From a virus: a stretch of 64,000 nt of DNA. The notes under the pieces were generated by a model. That model saw nothing but the letters and a program-made list of their open reading frames with translations. It was not told where the DNA came from and did no database searches. Positions within the stretch are counted from its first letter, which is position 1. Every line of letters begins with the position of its first letter. Position numbers and translations under genes: made by a program. The stretch spans positions 1-64,000 of the IMG/VR virus record IMGVR_UViG_3300019776_000693; one strand, given 5' to 3'. This document shows, one piece after another, positions 10,017 to 18,672 of the stretch.

Positions 10017-10167
10017 TGACAGAACAAGAGAAAGAAATAATGATTCTTAAATTTAGGCGAACAGATAGTTGGAGATTTGCGGATTATTTGTTTTGGAGAT
10101 ATTTAGTAGAATCGGCGGAAAAAGAAAATACACAGAAAGAATAAAAAACAGAAAAATTAAAATAGAT

Positions 10168-12252
10168 ATGGAGTTAGATAAGAGAGTATGGTTATATGAC
10201 ATAGAAACTCTTTCAAATTGCTTTACGTATACTGCAATCGATAGAAATTCAAATGAAATTATTAAATTTATAATATGGAAAGAAAATAATCAAATTTATG
10301 AATTACTTACTCACTTAAATAATTGTGCAGGACAAATCGGATTTAATAATTTAAATTTTGACTATCCTGTAATTCATTATATTATTAAAGAGCGCAACAA
10401 ATTAGTTTCTTTAGATGGGGATAAAATAGCTAAATTAATTTATAAAAAAGCTCAGTCTGTTATTTCTCAAGAATATTCCGCAATTAAAGAGGACGAAGTA
10501 ATCATTCCTCAGTTGGATTTATTTCGTATTTGGCATTATGATAACAAAGCTCGTATGACAGGACTCAAGAAATTAGAAATAGCTATGAATTTTCCTAATG
10601 TTCAAGACATGCCTTATCCTCACGACTATAAAGTAAAAACAAAGAAAGAAGTAGAAGAAATATTAGATTATAACTTAAATGATGTTGAAGCAACAAAAAA
10701 ATTCTATGAAAAAACAAAAGATAAATTAGAATTAAGAAAAGGACTTCAAACAAAATATGGGCTTAACTGTTTAAATTATCCCGATAGTAAAATTGGAGAA
10801 CAATTAATGTTAAAATTATATTGTCATTATACTCAACAAGACGAGGAAAAAATCAAAAGACTTAGAACCAAAAGAAATTTATTTAAATTTTCAGAATGTA
10901 TTCCTAATTATATTAAATTTGAAACTCTTGAATTTAATCAATTGTTGGATTATTTAAAAGGAATTGAAGTTACCGAATTAAAAGAATCGTTTAAATATAG
11001 TTTTGAATATAATGGATTTACTTTTGATTTAGGTACAGGCGGAATACATGGGTGTATAAAACCAGGAGTTTATAAATCTAATGAAAATGAAATAATTGTA
11101 GATGCTGATGTGGCTTCTCTATATCCTTCGTTAGCAGTTACATTGGGATTATACCCTGAACATTTAGGAAGTCAATTCCCTCAAATTTATGAAGAAGGTA
11201 TTTTAAAACCAAGATTATTTGCAAAAGAAAAAATAGATGGTAAAATGCGTGACCCCATCATGGCAGACGGTTTCAAACTTTCGGCTAACAGTGTTTACGG
11301 AAAAAGTAATAGTGAGTACAGTTTTTTATGTGACCCATTATATACTTTAAAAACAACTTTGGCAGGACAAGTAGCTTTATGTATGCTATCAGAAATGTTG
11401 ATGACAAAAGTGCCTAATCTAACAATGCTTCAAATTAACACTGATGGGTTAACTGTTTCTATCCCTGTTGAACATAAAAGATTATATTGGGAAATTTGTC
11501 AGGAATGGGAAGCCAAAACAGCATTAGTTTTAGAGTATGTTGCTTATTCTCAAATGATTATTCGTGATGTAAATAATTATATTGCGGTTACAGAAAAAGG
11601 AGGAAAAATAAAATACAAAGGAACATTCAAACCTAATAGTGAAATGATTAAAGATGGAGAGTATCATAAATCTTTAAGTCAAGGTATTGTTTCTTTAGCA
11701 GTTTCTGATTATTTTTTGAAAGGAATTCCTGTAGAAAAAACAATTAAAGAAAATAAAGATATTTATCTATTTTGTAAAACATTTAATTCAACTCATGGTT
11801 GGGTATGTGAAATTTTAGATATTGACGATAAAGGTAACGAATCAAATCATCAAAAACAACAAAAAACAAATAGATACTTTTTATCTAAAAGTGGTTCTCG
11901 TTTTCGTAAATTAAAAGATGACAGAATCATTGAAGTGGAAGCTAATAAAACAGTTAAAATTTTCAATAAATATTATGAAGCTTCTTTTGAAGAATATGAT
12001 ATAGATTATGATTATTATATTGATGAGTGTTACAAAATTATTCATCGAATTGATGGAACAGAAGAAAGATTAGAACAAGAACGAAAAGAATTACGTGAAA
12101 AGGCTAAAAGAGATAAAGAAGAAGAAAATTATTTAAAATTTTGTGTAAATAAAATACCAACACAATTACAGTATAACACTTATAACAAAGAATGGTTACA
12201 AGAAAAATACGGAATTCCTGCGGAAATTAAATCATCAAAAGTTAAAATATAG
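10168..12252 (+). CDS. polB: Family B DNA polymerase with 3'-5' exonuclease
   Basis: Exo YDIET and GFNNLNFD; DVASLYPS, KLSANSVYGK, QINTDG, DVNNY. Start moved from TTG 10069 to ATG 10168. Confidence 0.93.
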   Translation: MELDKRVWLYDIETLSNCFTYTAIDRNSNEIIKFIIWKENNQIYELLTHLNNCAGQIGFNNLNFDYPVIHYIIKERNKLVSLDGDKIAKLIYKKAQSVISQEYSAIKEDEVIIPQLDLFRIWHYDNKARMTGLKKLEIAMNFPNVQDMPYPHDYKVKTKKEVEEILDYNLNDVEATKKFYEKTKDKLELRKGLQTKYGLNCLNYPDSKIGEQLMLKLYCHYTQQDEEKIKRLRTKRNLFKFSECIPNYIKFETLEFNQLLDYLKGIEVTELKESFKYSFEYNGFTFDLGTGGIHGCIKPGVYKSNENEIIVDADVASLYPSLAVTLGLYPEHLGSQFPQIYEEGILKPRLFAKEKIDGKMRDPIMADGFKLSANSVYGKSNSEYSFLCDPLYTLKTTLAGQVALCMLSEMLMTKVPNLTMLQINTDGLTVSIPVEHKRLYWEICQEWEAKTALVLEYVAYSQMIIRDVNNYIAVTEKGGKIKYKGTFKPNSEMIKDGEYHKSLSQGIVSLAVSDYFLKGIPVEKTIKENKDIYLFCKTFNSTHGWVCEILDIDDKGNESNHQKQQKTNRYFLSKSGSRFRKLKDDRIIEVEANKTVKIFNKYYEASFEEYDIDYDYYIDECYKIIHRIDGTEERLEQERKELREKAKRDKEEENYLKFCVNKIPTQLQYNTYNKEWLQEKYGIPAEIKSSKVKI

Positions 12253-12284
12253 TTAAATAATTTATATATTAAAATAATATATTG

Positions 12285-12292
12285 TATCTTTG
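12285..12292 (+). promoter_or_regulatory. Bacteroidota -7 promoter element for HNH copy 2
   Basis: TATCTTTG directly before the structured leader. Confidence 0.65.
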
Positions 12293-12298
12293 TAAAGT

Positions 12299-12396
12299 AA
12301 ATTAGAAATACGAGCCTAATTTATAATAAAGATATTAGAAAATTTTTAAAAAAGTCTATTCATTGTGTGCTCGTATCACCTTTGTTTAGGCTTTTT
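12299..12396 (+). ncRNA. Predicted structured 5' leader (two hairpins with complementary loops)
   Basis: Stem AAATTAG/CTAATTT with loop containing ATACGAGC; stem AAAAAGTCTA/TAGGCTTTTT with apical GCTCGTAT. Confidence 0.65.
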
Positions 12397-12417
12397 CTGT
12401 TTTTATAAGCCAAAATT

Positions 12418-13161
12418 ATGGGTAAAATAAAAAATAGAGTAGGTGAAAAGTACATCACAAACGAAGGATACGAAATAGAAATTATTGAATATTTTGGAGC
12501 ATTAAATTGCACCATTAAATTTAATGATAAATTAAATACCACACTTTACAATGTCGCATATCATCAAACAACTAAAAGAAATATTGAAAATCCAAATCAT
12601 CCTAAAACATATAACATAGGATATATGGGAATTGGTAAATTTCTTTCGAAAAAGAATAATATTAATACTCAACATTATGTAATATGGTCTGGTGTTTTAA
12701 GAAGATGTTATAATGAAAATGAGAGACATAAATATCCATCTTATAAAGCATCTACTGTTTGTGAGGAATGGCATAATTTTCAGAATTTTGCTGAATGGTT
12801 TGAAGAAAATTATGTAGAAGGGTTTGAATTAGATAAAGATATTTTATATAAAGGTAACAAGATATACTCCTCTGAAACATGTTGCTTTGTACCAAAAGAG
12901 ATAAACTTACTTTTTGTAAATAGTTGTAATAAACTTAGTGATTTACCTCAGGGAGTAATAAAACATAAAAATAAATATAGAGCTAGGTTTGGTAAAGATA
13001 GAAAACATATAGGTTTATTTGATACCTCCGAAGAAGCTTTTCAAGCCTATAAAACTGCAAAAGAAAAATACATAAAAGAAGTGGCAGATAAATGGCGAGA
13101 TTTAATTGATAAAAAAGTTTACCGAGCAATGTATAACTATCAAGTTGAAATAACGGATTAA
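12418..13161 (+). CDS. Free-standing HNH-like homing endonuclease with AP2-like domain (copy 2, full length)
   Basis: Same motifs as 1103..1696 plus ~50 extra N-terminal residues; both end YNYQVEITD. Confidence 0.82.
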   Translation: MGKIKNRVGEKYITNEGYEIEIIEYFGALNCTIKFNDKLNTTLYNVAYHQTTKRNIENPNHPKTYNIGYMGIGKFLSKKNNINTQHYVIWSGVLRRCYNENERHKYPSYKASTVCEEWHNFQNFAEWFEENYVEGFELDKDILYKGNKIYSSETCCFVPKEINLLFVNSCNKLSDLPQGVIKHKNKYRARFGKDRKHIGLFDTSEEAFQAYKTAKEKYIKEVADKWRDLIDKKVYRAMYNYQVEITD

Positions 13162-13191
13162 TTTAGAACAAATATAAATAACACTATTCTA

Positions 13192-13222
13192 TTGTGTGTT
13201 AGGATTATATGTTGTATATTTG
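13192..13222 (+). promoter_or_regulatory. Bacteroidota sigma-A type promoter
   Basis: TTG (13192-94)-N20-TATATTTG (13215-22). Confidence 0.78.
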
Positions 13223-13285
13223 TAAAAAGAATCTGTTTTTTATTCTTTTTTCGCGAGAAATTAACAAAATTTAACAATAAATATT

Positions 13286-13858
13286 ATGAACTTACAAGAA
13301 TTAAGACAAAAAATTTACGACAGACACTATATTTACTGCAATCAAAAATATGCAGATAGTTTACCTTATAGTTTTCACATACAGTGTGTTGAAGCTCAAG
13401 GAGAGAAATTCTTACATTTAGTAAAACAACATATAGTAAGAGCTAAATATCAAGGATGTGAATTTAATGGTGTTACAATAGAATTAGTAGTATTATTGTC
13501 TCTTTCAGCACACGACCTCCAGGAGGATGGGAGAATGACTTATAATGACATAAAAGATTTAGCTTCTGAATTAGGAAACAGTATTGCAGGTGAAATGGTA
13601 GCAGATATTGTTTATTGTGTAACTGATTTAAAAGGAAAAACACGCAAAGAAAGAAAATCTGATAAATACTATCAAGAACTTAAATCAAATAAACTAGCTG
13701 TTTTTGTTAAACTTGCAGACATTTCGGCGAATACTTTATTTAGTAAGCTTACAGGTAGTTCTATGTATGATAAATATAAATCAGAATTTAAACATTTTAA
13801 AGAGATGTGTTATATTGAAGAATATAAAGAATTTTTTGATTATTTAGAATCTTTATAA
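13286..13858 (+). CDS. HD-domain phosphohydrolase (RelA/SpoT hydrolase / Mesh1-like)
   Basis: LPYSFH, AHDLQED, VYCVTD, VKLADISAN. Confidence 0.75.
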   Translation: MNLQELRQKIYDRHYIYCNQKYADSLPYSFHIQCVEAQGEKFLHLVKQHIVRAKYQGCEFNGVTIELVVLLSLSAHDLQEDGRMTYNDIKDLASELGNSIAGEMVADIVYCVTDLKGKTRKERKSDKYYQELKSNKLAVFVKLADISANTLFSKLTGSSMYDKYKSEFKHFKEMCYIEEYKEFFDYLESL

Positions 13859-13872
13859 ATAACATCTATCTA

Positions 13873-13903
13873 TTGTTTAATTCGATTTGTTTTCATATCT
13901 TTG
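13873..13903 (+). promoter_or_regulatory. Bacteroidota sigma-A type promoter
   Basis: TTG (13873-75)-N20-TATCTTTG (13896-903). Confidence 0.78.
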
Positions 13904-13959
13904 TAGAAGAAATTATTTCTGTCTTTATCTTTTATTTGGCGGAAATTTAAAAATAATGT

Positions 13960-14202
13960 ATGGAAAATTTTGCAAGATTAACAGTGCGTCTTAAAAAAGG
14001 AGACCCTAGGCAACAAGCTAATCATTTTAAATTGTTAGATGATTTTTTTAAATTAATAGGAGGAGAAAGATTCGGGGATATTTATTCTGAAGAAACTAAT
14101 AGAGAAAACATATTATTATATAATATTCCTAAAGATAAAGAAGAATTTGGTATATTGCTTATAGATATGACAGTGAGTTTAAATAATTATATTAGAGGAT
14201 GA
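13960..14202 (+). CDS. Hypothetical protein
   Basis: First ORF after promoter. Confidence 0.6.
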   Translation: MENFARLTVRLKKGDPRQQANHFKLLDDFFKLIGGERFGDIYSEETNRENILLYNIPKDKEEFGILLIDMTVSLNNYIRG

Positions 14203-14489
14203 AAATATTTGGAAGTACACGATACGTTAAAACAGACGTATCAGAAAGTAAATTAATTGGTAATTATCCTGACGTAAAACCTTATGAGAAATATTTACAG
14301 TTAAGTGTGAAAAATATGTGGGATTGTAATCCTGATAATTTTTATTTAGTTTTTAATAATGATTTTTCTTATTACATAACATTGTGTGCTAAAGAAGATA
14401 ATAGTAAATATAGTTTTCATAAATACTTAAAAGAAGAGGATATTACAGAAGAATACAAAGAGTTAATTAACAGTTATTTGAAACTATGA
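14199..14489 (+). CDS. Hypothetical protein
   Basis: ATGA overlap. Confidence 0.6.
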   Translation: MKIFGSTRYVKTDVSESKLIGNYPDVKPYEKYLQLSVKNMWDCNPDNFYLVFNNDFSYYITLCAKEDNSKYSFHKYLKEEDITEEYKELINSYLKL

Positions 14490-14672
14490 AAAACCTATTA
14501 GCATTTTTAAGTACAGTTTTGTTACAAGTTATTTTGTATACTATTTATAGTAAATCTTTTGGTTTAGTTTTTTGTGCGGGATTTTTAAAGTTTGTATTTC
14601 CTGCATTCACGGTGTTTTTAATTTTTTAGGATTTCATAAGTTTTATGAATATATGTTTAAAAAAGAATAATT

Positions 14673-14915
14673 ATGGAGTATAATGAACTTGAAATAATAC
14701 AATATTTAGAACGTCTAAAAAGAAAACAATTATGCAAAGTAGAGTATAGAATACAATTAAAACAACTATTAGAAGAAAATTATGAAAATCCTTTAGCATA
14801 TTATGTTTATAAATCTCTTTTAAATGGTTCAGAAGAATTAGAAGTAATATTTTATTTATTAAAATTAATAAAAGAACAACAATTAACAATAGAAAAACAT
14901 GCAAAAAACAGATAA
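14673..14915 (+). CDS. Hypothetical protein
   Basis: ORF in co-directional run. Confidence 0.55.
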   Translation: MEYNELEIIQYLERLKRKQLCKVEYRIQLKQLLEENYENPLAYYVYKSLLNGSEELEVIFYLLKLIKEQQLTIEKHAKNR

Positions 14916-15723
14916 TATAAAATACACAAAAGACGGTAAGAAAGTAGTTGTAATAGGTGATTTAAATCAAACCGATAAAATTGTTCAAGAAATATTTGTT
15001 ACAAAAGATGGAGATGAAATCCCTCAAGGAGAAAGATTTGTAGAACGTAACTTATTAGATGAACCTGCTAAATCATGGAAAGAAACAAATATAGAAAATC
15101 TTGAATCTCGTTATGAAAAAGATAAAAAAGAATGGGATTTAAAAATAGAAAGACTGAATAATGAACGCCAATTAATATATGATTCTTTAAGTGCTCGTGT
15201 TAAATGGTTGAGAAATGTGGCTAAAGAACCTAGAGTAGAAGAGTTAAAAACAGTTATTAATCAAATTGCTGATTTTTTAGATGGTTCTGAAAAATGGGTT
15301 TTTGTGTATAATTATTCTGACTGGCGCTTAGAAAAATTCAATGAAGAATCTACAAATGAGTTATTAGATTATTATGAAAATGGATATGGTAGAAAAAGAT
15401 TTGACGAGATGCGATTATTATCTTTATATGGAAAATCTGATGGAAGTTTAGTGTACAGAATTAATACATATTCTGATGGTAGTGGTTCAGATAAAGATGT
15501 TGAATTTTTTAAAACTAAAGAGGCAGGTTTAATTTATATGCAAAATAAATTAAATGCTGTAAAAGAGTACTCTGATAGTCATATAAAAATTGCAAAAGAT
15601 TTTAATCTAACACTAGACCAAGAAAAATTAAATCAGTTAAATACTAAAAATCAAAAATATCTTTTAAAACAAATAGAAGACTTAGATAAACAGAAAGAAG
15701 ATTTATTGTCTAAATTAGCGTAA
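14899..15723 (+). CDS. Hypothetical protein with coiled-coil regions
   Basis: 274-aa ORF; no catalytic motif recognised. Confidence 0.65.
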   Translation: MQKTDNIKYTKDGKKVVVIGDLNQTDKIVQEIFVTKDGDEIPQGERFVERNLLDEPAKSWKETNIENLESRYEKDKKEWDLKIERLNNERQLIYDSLSARVKWLRNVAKEPRVEELKTVINQIADFLDGSEKWVFVYNYSDWRLEKFNEESTNELLDYYENGYGRKRFDEMRLLSLYGKSDGSLVYRINTYSDGSGSDKDVEFFKTKEAGLIYMQNKLNAVKEYSDSHIKIAKDFNLTLDQEKLNQLNTKNQKYLLKQIEDLDKQKEDLLSKLA

Positions 15724-15725
15724 TT

Positions 15726-15962
15726 ATGAAAACACAAACAGAAATAAACTATAAAGACTTAGATTTAATTATCTACGGTACTTATACAGAAGAATTGAAA
15801 GGTAGAATGTATTATGATGATATGTCAGGTCTTCCTGATAGTAGTTCTAGTTTTGAAATAAGTAAAATTACTGTTGTTGATTCTGATGTTGATATTTCTA
15901 TTCTTTTTTGTGGCGATTATCAAAAAATAGAGGAATTAGTACTTGATAAAATTGAAGATTAA
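15726..15962 (+). CDS. Hypothetical protein
   Basis: ORF in co-directional run. Confidence 0.55.
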   Translation: MKTQTEINYKDLDLIIYGTYTEELKGRMYYDDMSGLPDSSSSFEISKITVVDSDVDISILFCGDYQKIEELVLDKIED

Positions 15963-15983
15963 TTAAAAGTTATATCTAAATAT

Positions 15984-16283
15984 ATGGAAAATGAAATTAT
16001 AGTAGGTTCTAAAAAATTTAAAAATTCAGAAGAATTTAATGATTATGCTTCTGATAAATTTACAGAATTCTTAGAAAATATAACTAATTTTTCTGAGTAT
16101 ACATATCCTGCTGATGGAAACTCACTTTTTGAAGAAGAGGAAGGAATATCTTTTTATTATACAAATAAAGGAATGGTTTTAGTGAGAAGGTGGAAAGCTA
16201 GAATGCAAAAAATTTTTGATAAGTATTTTCCTGAAAGTTATCCTGAATTTGAAGTTAGTTCCACTTATTTTAAAGAATTTTAA
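15984..16283 (+). CDS. Hypothetical protein
   Basis: ORF in co-directional run. Confidence 0.55.
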   Translation: MENEIIVGSKKFKNSEEFNDYASDKFTEFLENITNFSEYTYPADGNSLFEEEEGISFYYTNKGMVLVRRWKARMQKIFDKYFPESYPEFEVSSTYFKEF

Positions 16284-16292
16284 ATAAATTAT

Positions 16293-16529
16293 ATGATACA
16301 TGAAATTACAAATGAACTTTCAAAATTAGGAATAGTTCAATCAATAAAAAATGATTATGTTTTTACTCTTTTAATGACTAAAGATAAACAGGATTTAACT
16401 TCAAATGGAATCCCAATGAAAGTATTAGATATAGTTACAAGTTGGGTTGGAAATGAAAAATCTACTATTGAAATTATGAAAAATGAAGAAGATTTTCTAT
16501 TACTTATTTTAAAACCAAAGATTGATTAA
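16293..16529 (+). CDS. Hypothetical protein
   Basis: ORF in co-directional run. Confidence 0.55.
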   Translation: MIHEITNELSKLGIVQSIKNDYVFTLLMTKDKQDLTSNGIPMKVLDIVTSWVGNEKSTIEIMKNEEDFLLLILKPKID

Positions 16530-16532
16530 AAT

Positions 16533-16856
16533 ATGACAAAAGAAACTAAAATACTTTATCTTGTTATTGCAGGATTGTTAGTTACTGTTGTTTTTCTTTT
16601 TATGCGCGGTGAGAAAGCTACAAATGAAAATAAAATACTAAAAGAACAAGTAAAAACTGCCGAACAAAAGATAAAAACAGAAGAAAAATTTAGAGAAAAA
16701 GTAAACAATAAACTAGATTCTTTAGATACTAAAATATCAAATACTAAGACAGTTATAAATAATATTACTGTTGAGAGAGATAAGAAGATAGAAGAAGTTA
16801 ATAACTATAATAACGCTGATTTACAGCAATACTTTGATAAAAAATATGGGAAATAA
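16533..16856 (+). CDS. Membrane-anchored coiled-coil protein, possible spanin (Rz-like) component
   Basis: N-terminal TM segment followed by coiled coil. Confidence 0.4.
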   Translation: MTKETKILYLVIAGLLVTVVFLFMRGEKATNENKILKEQVKTAEQKIKTEEKFREKVNNKLDSLDTKISNTKTVINNITVERDKKIEEVNNYNNADLQQYFDKKYGK

Positions 16857-17226
16857 ATTAATATTATTATCAGTTTTATTTTTTAGTCTTTTTATGCGCG
16901 GACAAGAAAAAGATTCAACAATTACTCTATCAACAAGAGTGGCAAGAGAAATTGTAAAGGATTTAGTAAAAGGAGATTATTGTGAAAAGCAAGTAATCGC
17001 GCAAAAAGAATTAATAACACAATTAGAACAAAAGATTGAGTTAAAAGACACTATTATATCTTCTTTTGAACACACAGAAAGATTAAATGAACAGATAAAA
17101 GAAAATTACAAAACTCAATTAAAAAACACGGAAAAAGATTTAAGAAAAGCTAATAGAAAAAATATAGTAAATAAAATACTATTATACAGTTCTTTAGCAC
17201 TTTCAGGATACTTGATACTAAAATAA
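16834..17226 (+). CDS. Signal-peptide/TM coiled-coil protein, possible spanin partner
   Basis: N-terminal signal-like stretch, coiled coil, C-terminal hydrophobic tail; overlaps previous gene. Confidence 0.38.
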   Translation: MIKNMGNKLILLSVLFFSLFMRGQEKDSTITLSTRVAREIVKDLVKGDYCEKQVIAQKELITQLEQKIELKDTIISSFEHTERLNEQIKENYKTQLKNTEKDLRKANRKNIVNKILLYSSLALSGYLILK

Positions 17227-17228
17227 AC

Positions 17229-17420
17229 ATGATAAAAAGAAGAGATAAAGAAGGTTTCAACTATGTGTTTATCGATGAAATACCAATAGAATATCAAGGT
17301 AGTTTTATTATGTTTTTATTAGGTGCTTACGTTCCTGCGCCAATAAATAATAGAAAACGTGCTTTTTGGGGAGATTATTATGAATGGTATTGTAAATTAA
17401 ATAGATATGAATATAGATAA
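17229..17420 (+). CDS. Hypothetical protein
   Basis: ORF in co-directional run. Confidence 0.5.
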   Translation: MIKRRDKEGFNYVFIDEIPIEYQGSFIMFLLGAYVPAPINNRKRAFWGDYYEWYCKLNRYEYR

Positions 17421-17715
17421 AGCAATAGAAGATATAGTTGAAAATTTTGATTACGAAAAAGTTCACAAAGTAATGAAATTTTTAAATTGGACTTGGTTAG
17501 ATAACCCTGAATCACCTAGTGTTGGTAAGATGGTATTAGAAACATCTAAAGAATTAAAAGATTCTTATAATAAATGTGTGGAAAATAAGTCTAATTATTT
17601 TTGTAAATCGGGAGGTTTTTGTTATAATGTTTTTTGGGATTCAGAAAAACAAGAAGTAGATAGCATTGAATTACAATTTCAAGTAGATAGTTGGGAATAT
17701 AATATTTTTGAATAA
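17407..17715 (+). CDS. Hypothetical phage protein
   Basis: IVENFDYEKVHKVMKFLNWTW pattern. Confidence 0.6.
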   Translation: MNIDKAIEDIVENFDYEKVHKVMKFLNWTWLDNPESPSVGKMVLETSKELKDSYNKCVENKSNYFCKSGGFCYNVFWDSEKQEVDSIELQFQVDSWEYNIFE

Positions 17716-17720
17716 TATAG

Positions 17721-17906
17721 ATGGGTGATTTTATAAATATAGCAAAACAGTATTCTAAAGCAGGTTTTGGTGTTATACCTGTAACAAGTGAAAAAATTCC
17801 TTCAATAAAAAAGTTAGAAAAACTCTCAAAATCAAACGCTTTATGTGTTTCTTCTCAAGTTAGAATGTTGATTAAAAAGGCTGTTGATAATGGAGGAAAT
17901 TTATAA
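17721..17906 (+). pseudogene. Chimeric ORF: Prim-Pol N-terminal remnant fused to ribbon-helix-helix-like tail
   Basis: IAKQYSKAGFGVIPVTSEKIPSIK resembles the Prim-Pol start; KLEKLSKSNALCVSSQVRMLIKKAV resembles RHH helices. Confidence 0.55.
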
Positions 17907-18672
17907 AGTATGTACAAAATGTTTACTTAATAAACCTTTGTCTGATTATGCAAATTGTAAAAGAGGTTTATATAAAAAACAACCAAAATGTAAAGATTGT
18001 AATAGGTTATATAGAGAGCAAAACAGAGAGAAAATAATTGATTATTTAAAAAACTATTATGAAGATAATAAAGAATATCTCACTGAGCAAAATAAAATAC
18101 GTACTCAAAATAATAAGGAAGAAGTAGCATCATATAAAAAGCAATGGTACTTTGAAAATATAGAAAAAATAAAAGCAAGTGCAAGCGATAGATACTTAAA
18201 AAATATAGAAAGTATAAAAACTTATAAAAAAGAATATTATGATAAAAACAAAGAGCAAATACTGTTAAAAAGTAACATACGTAAGAAGAAAAAACTGAAA
18301 GAAGATAATTTATATAATTTATATGTTAAAATATCTAGTACTATAAGAACTTCTTTAAAACGTAAAAAGTCAAAAAGAACTTCTGAAATACTTGGTTGTA
18401 CTACAGAAGAGTTTAAAGCTCATATTGAATCGCAGTTCTTATCTTGGATGTCGTGGGACAATTATGGTAATGTATGTGAAACTTTAGACTACAATTGTTC
18501 GTGGGATTTAGACCATATAATACCTATATCTTTAGCTGAAAACGAAGAAGAAATGTATTTATTAAATCATTGGAGTAATTTTCAACCATTATGTTCTAAA
18601 GTAAATAGATGGGAAAAGAAAGGTAATATCTACCCTTGTACTAATCTTGAATTAAAAATTACCTATGAATAA
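17884..18672 (+). CDS. HNH endonuclease with N-terminal Zn-ribbon and YY..NKE helical repeats
   Basis: CTKC...CKDC; MSWDNYG; WDLDHIIP...NHWSNFQPLCSKVN. Confidence 0.82.
   Translation: MIMEEIYKVCTKCLLNKPLSDYANCKRGLYKKQPKCKDCNRLYREQNREKIIDYLKNYYEDNKEYLTEQNKIRTQNNKEEVASYKKQWYFENIEKIKASASDRYLKNIESIKTYKKEYYDKNKEQILLKSNIRKKKKLKEDNLYNLYVKISSTIRTSLKRKKSKRTSEILGCTTEEFKAHIESQFLSWMSWDNYGNVCETLDYNCSWDLDHIIPISLAENEEEMYLLNHWSNFQPLCSKVNRWEKKGNIYPCTNLELKITYE

Noticed and set aside
10069-10167. 33-aa N-terminal extension of PolB from a TTG start
   Set aside because: The exonuclease motif follows directly on ATG 10168; the upstream stretch contains a copy of the dispersed motif and looks non-coding for PolB.
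156-12252. Introns or inteins in thyA, helicase or polB
   Set aside because: Reading frames are continuous with expected lengths and no intein Cys...His-Asn ends; the endonucleases are free-standing.
13179-13201. TAACAC/GTGTTA hairpin after HNH copy 2 as terminator
   Set aside because: Weak 6-bp stem with no U-tract, overlapping the -33 element of the next promoter.
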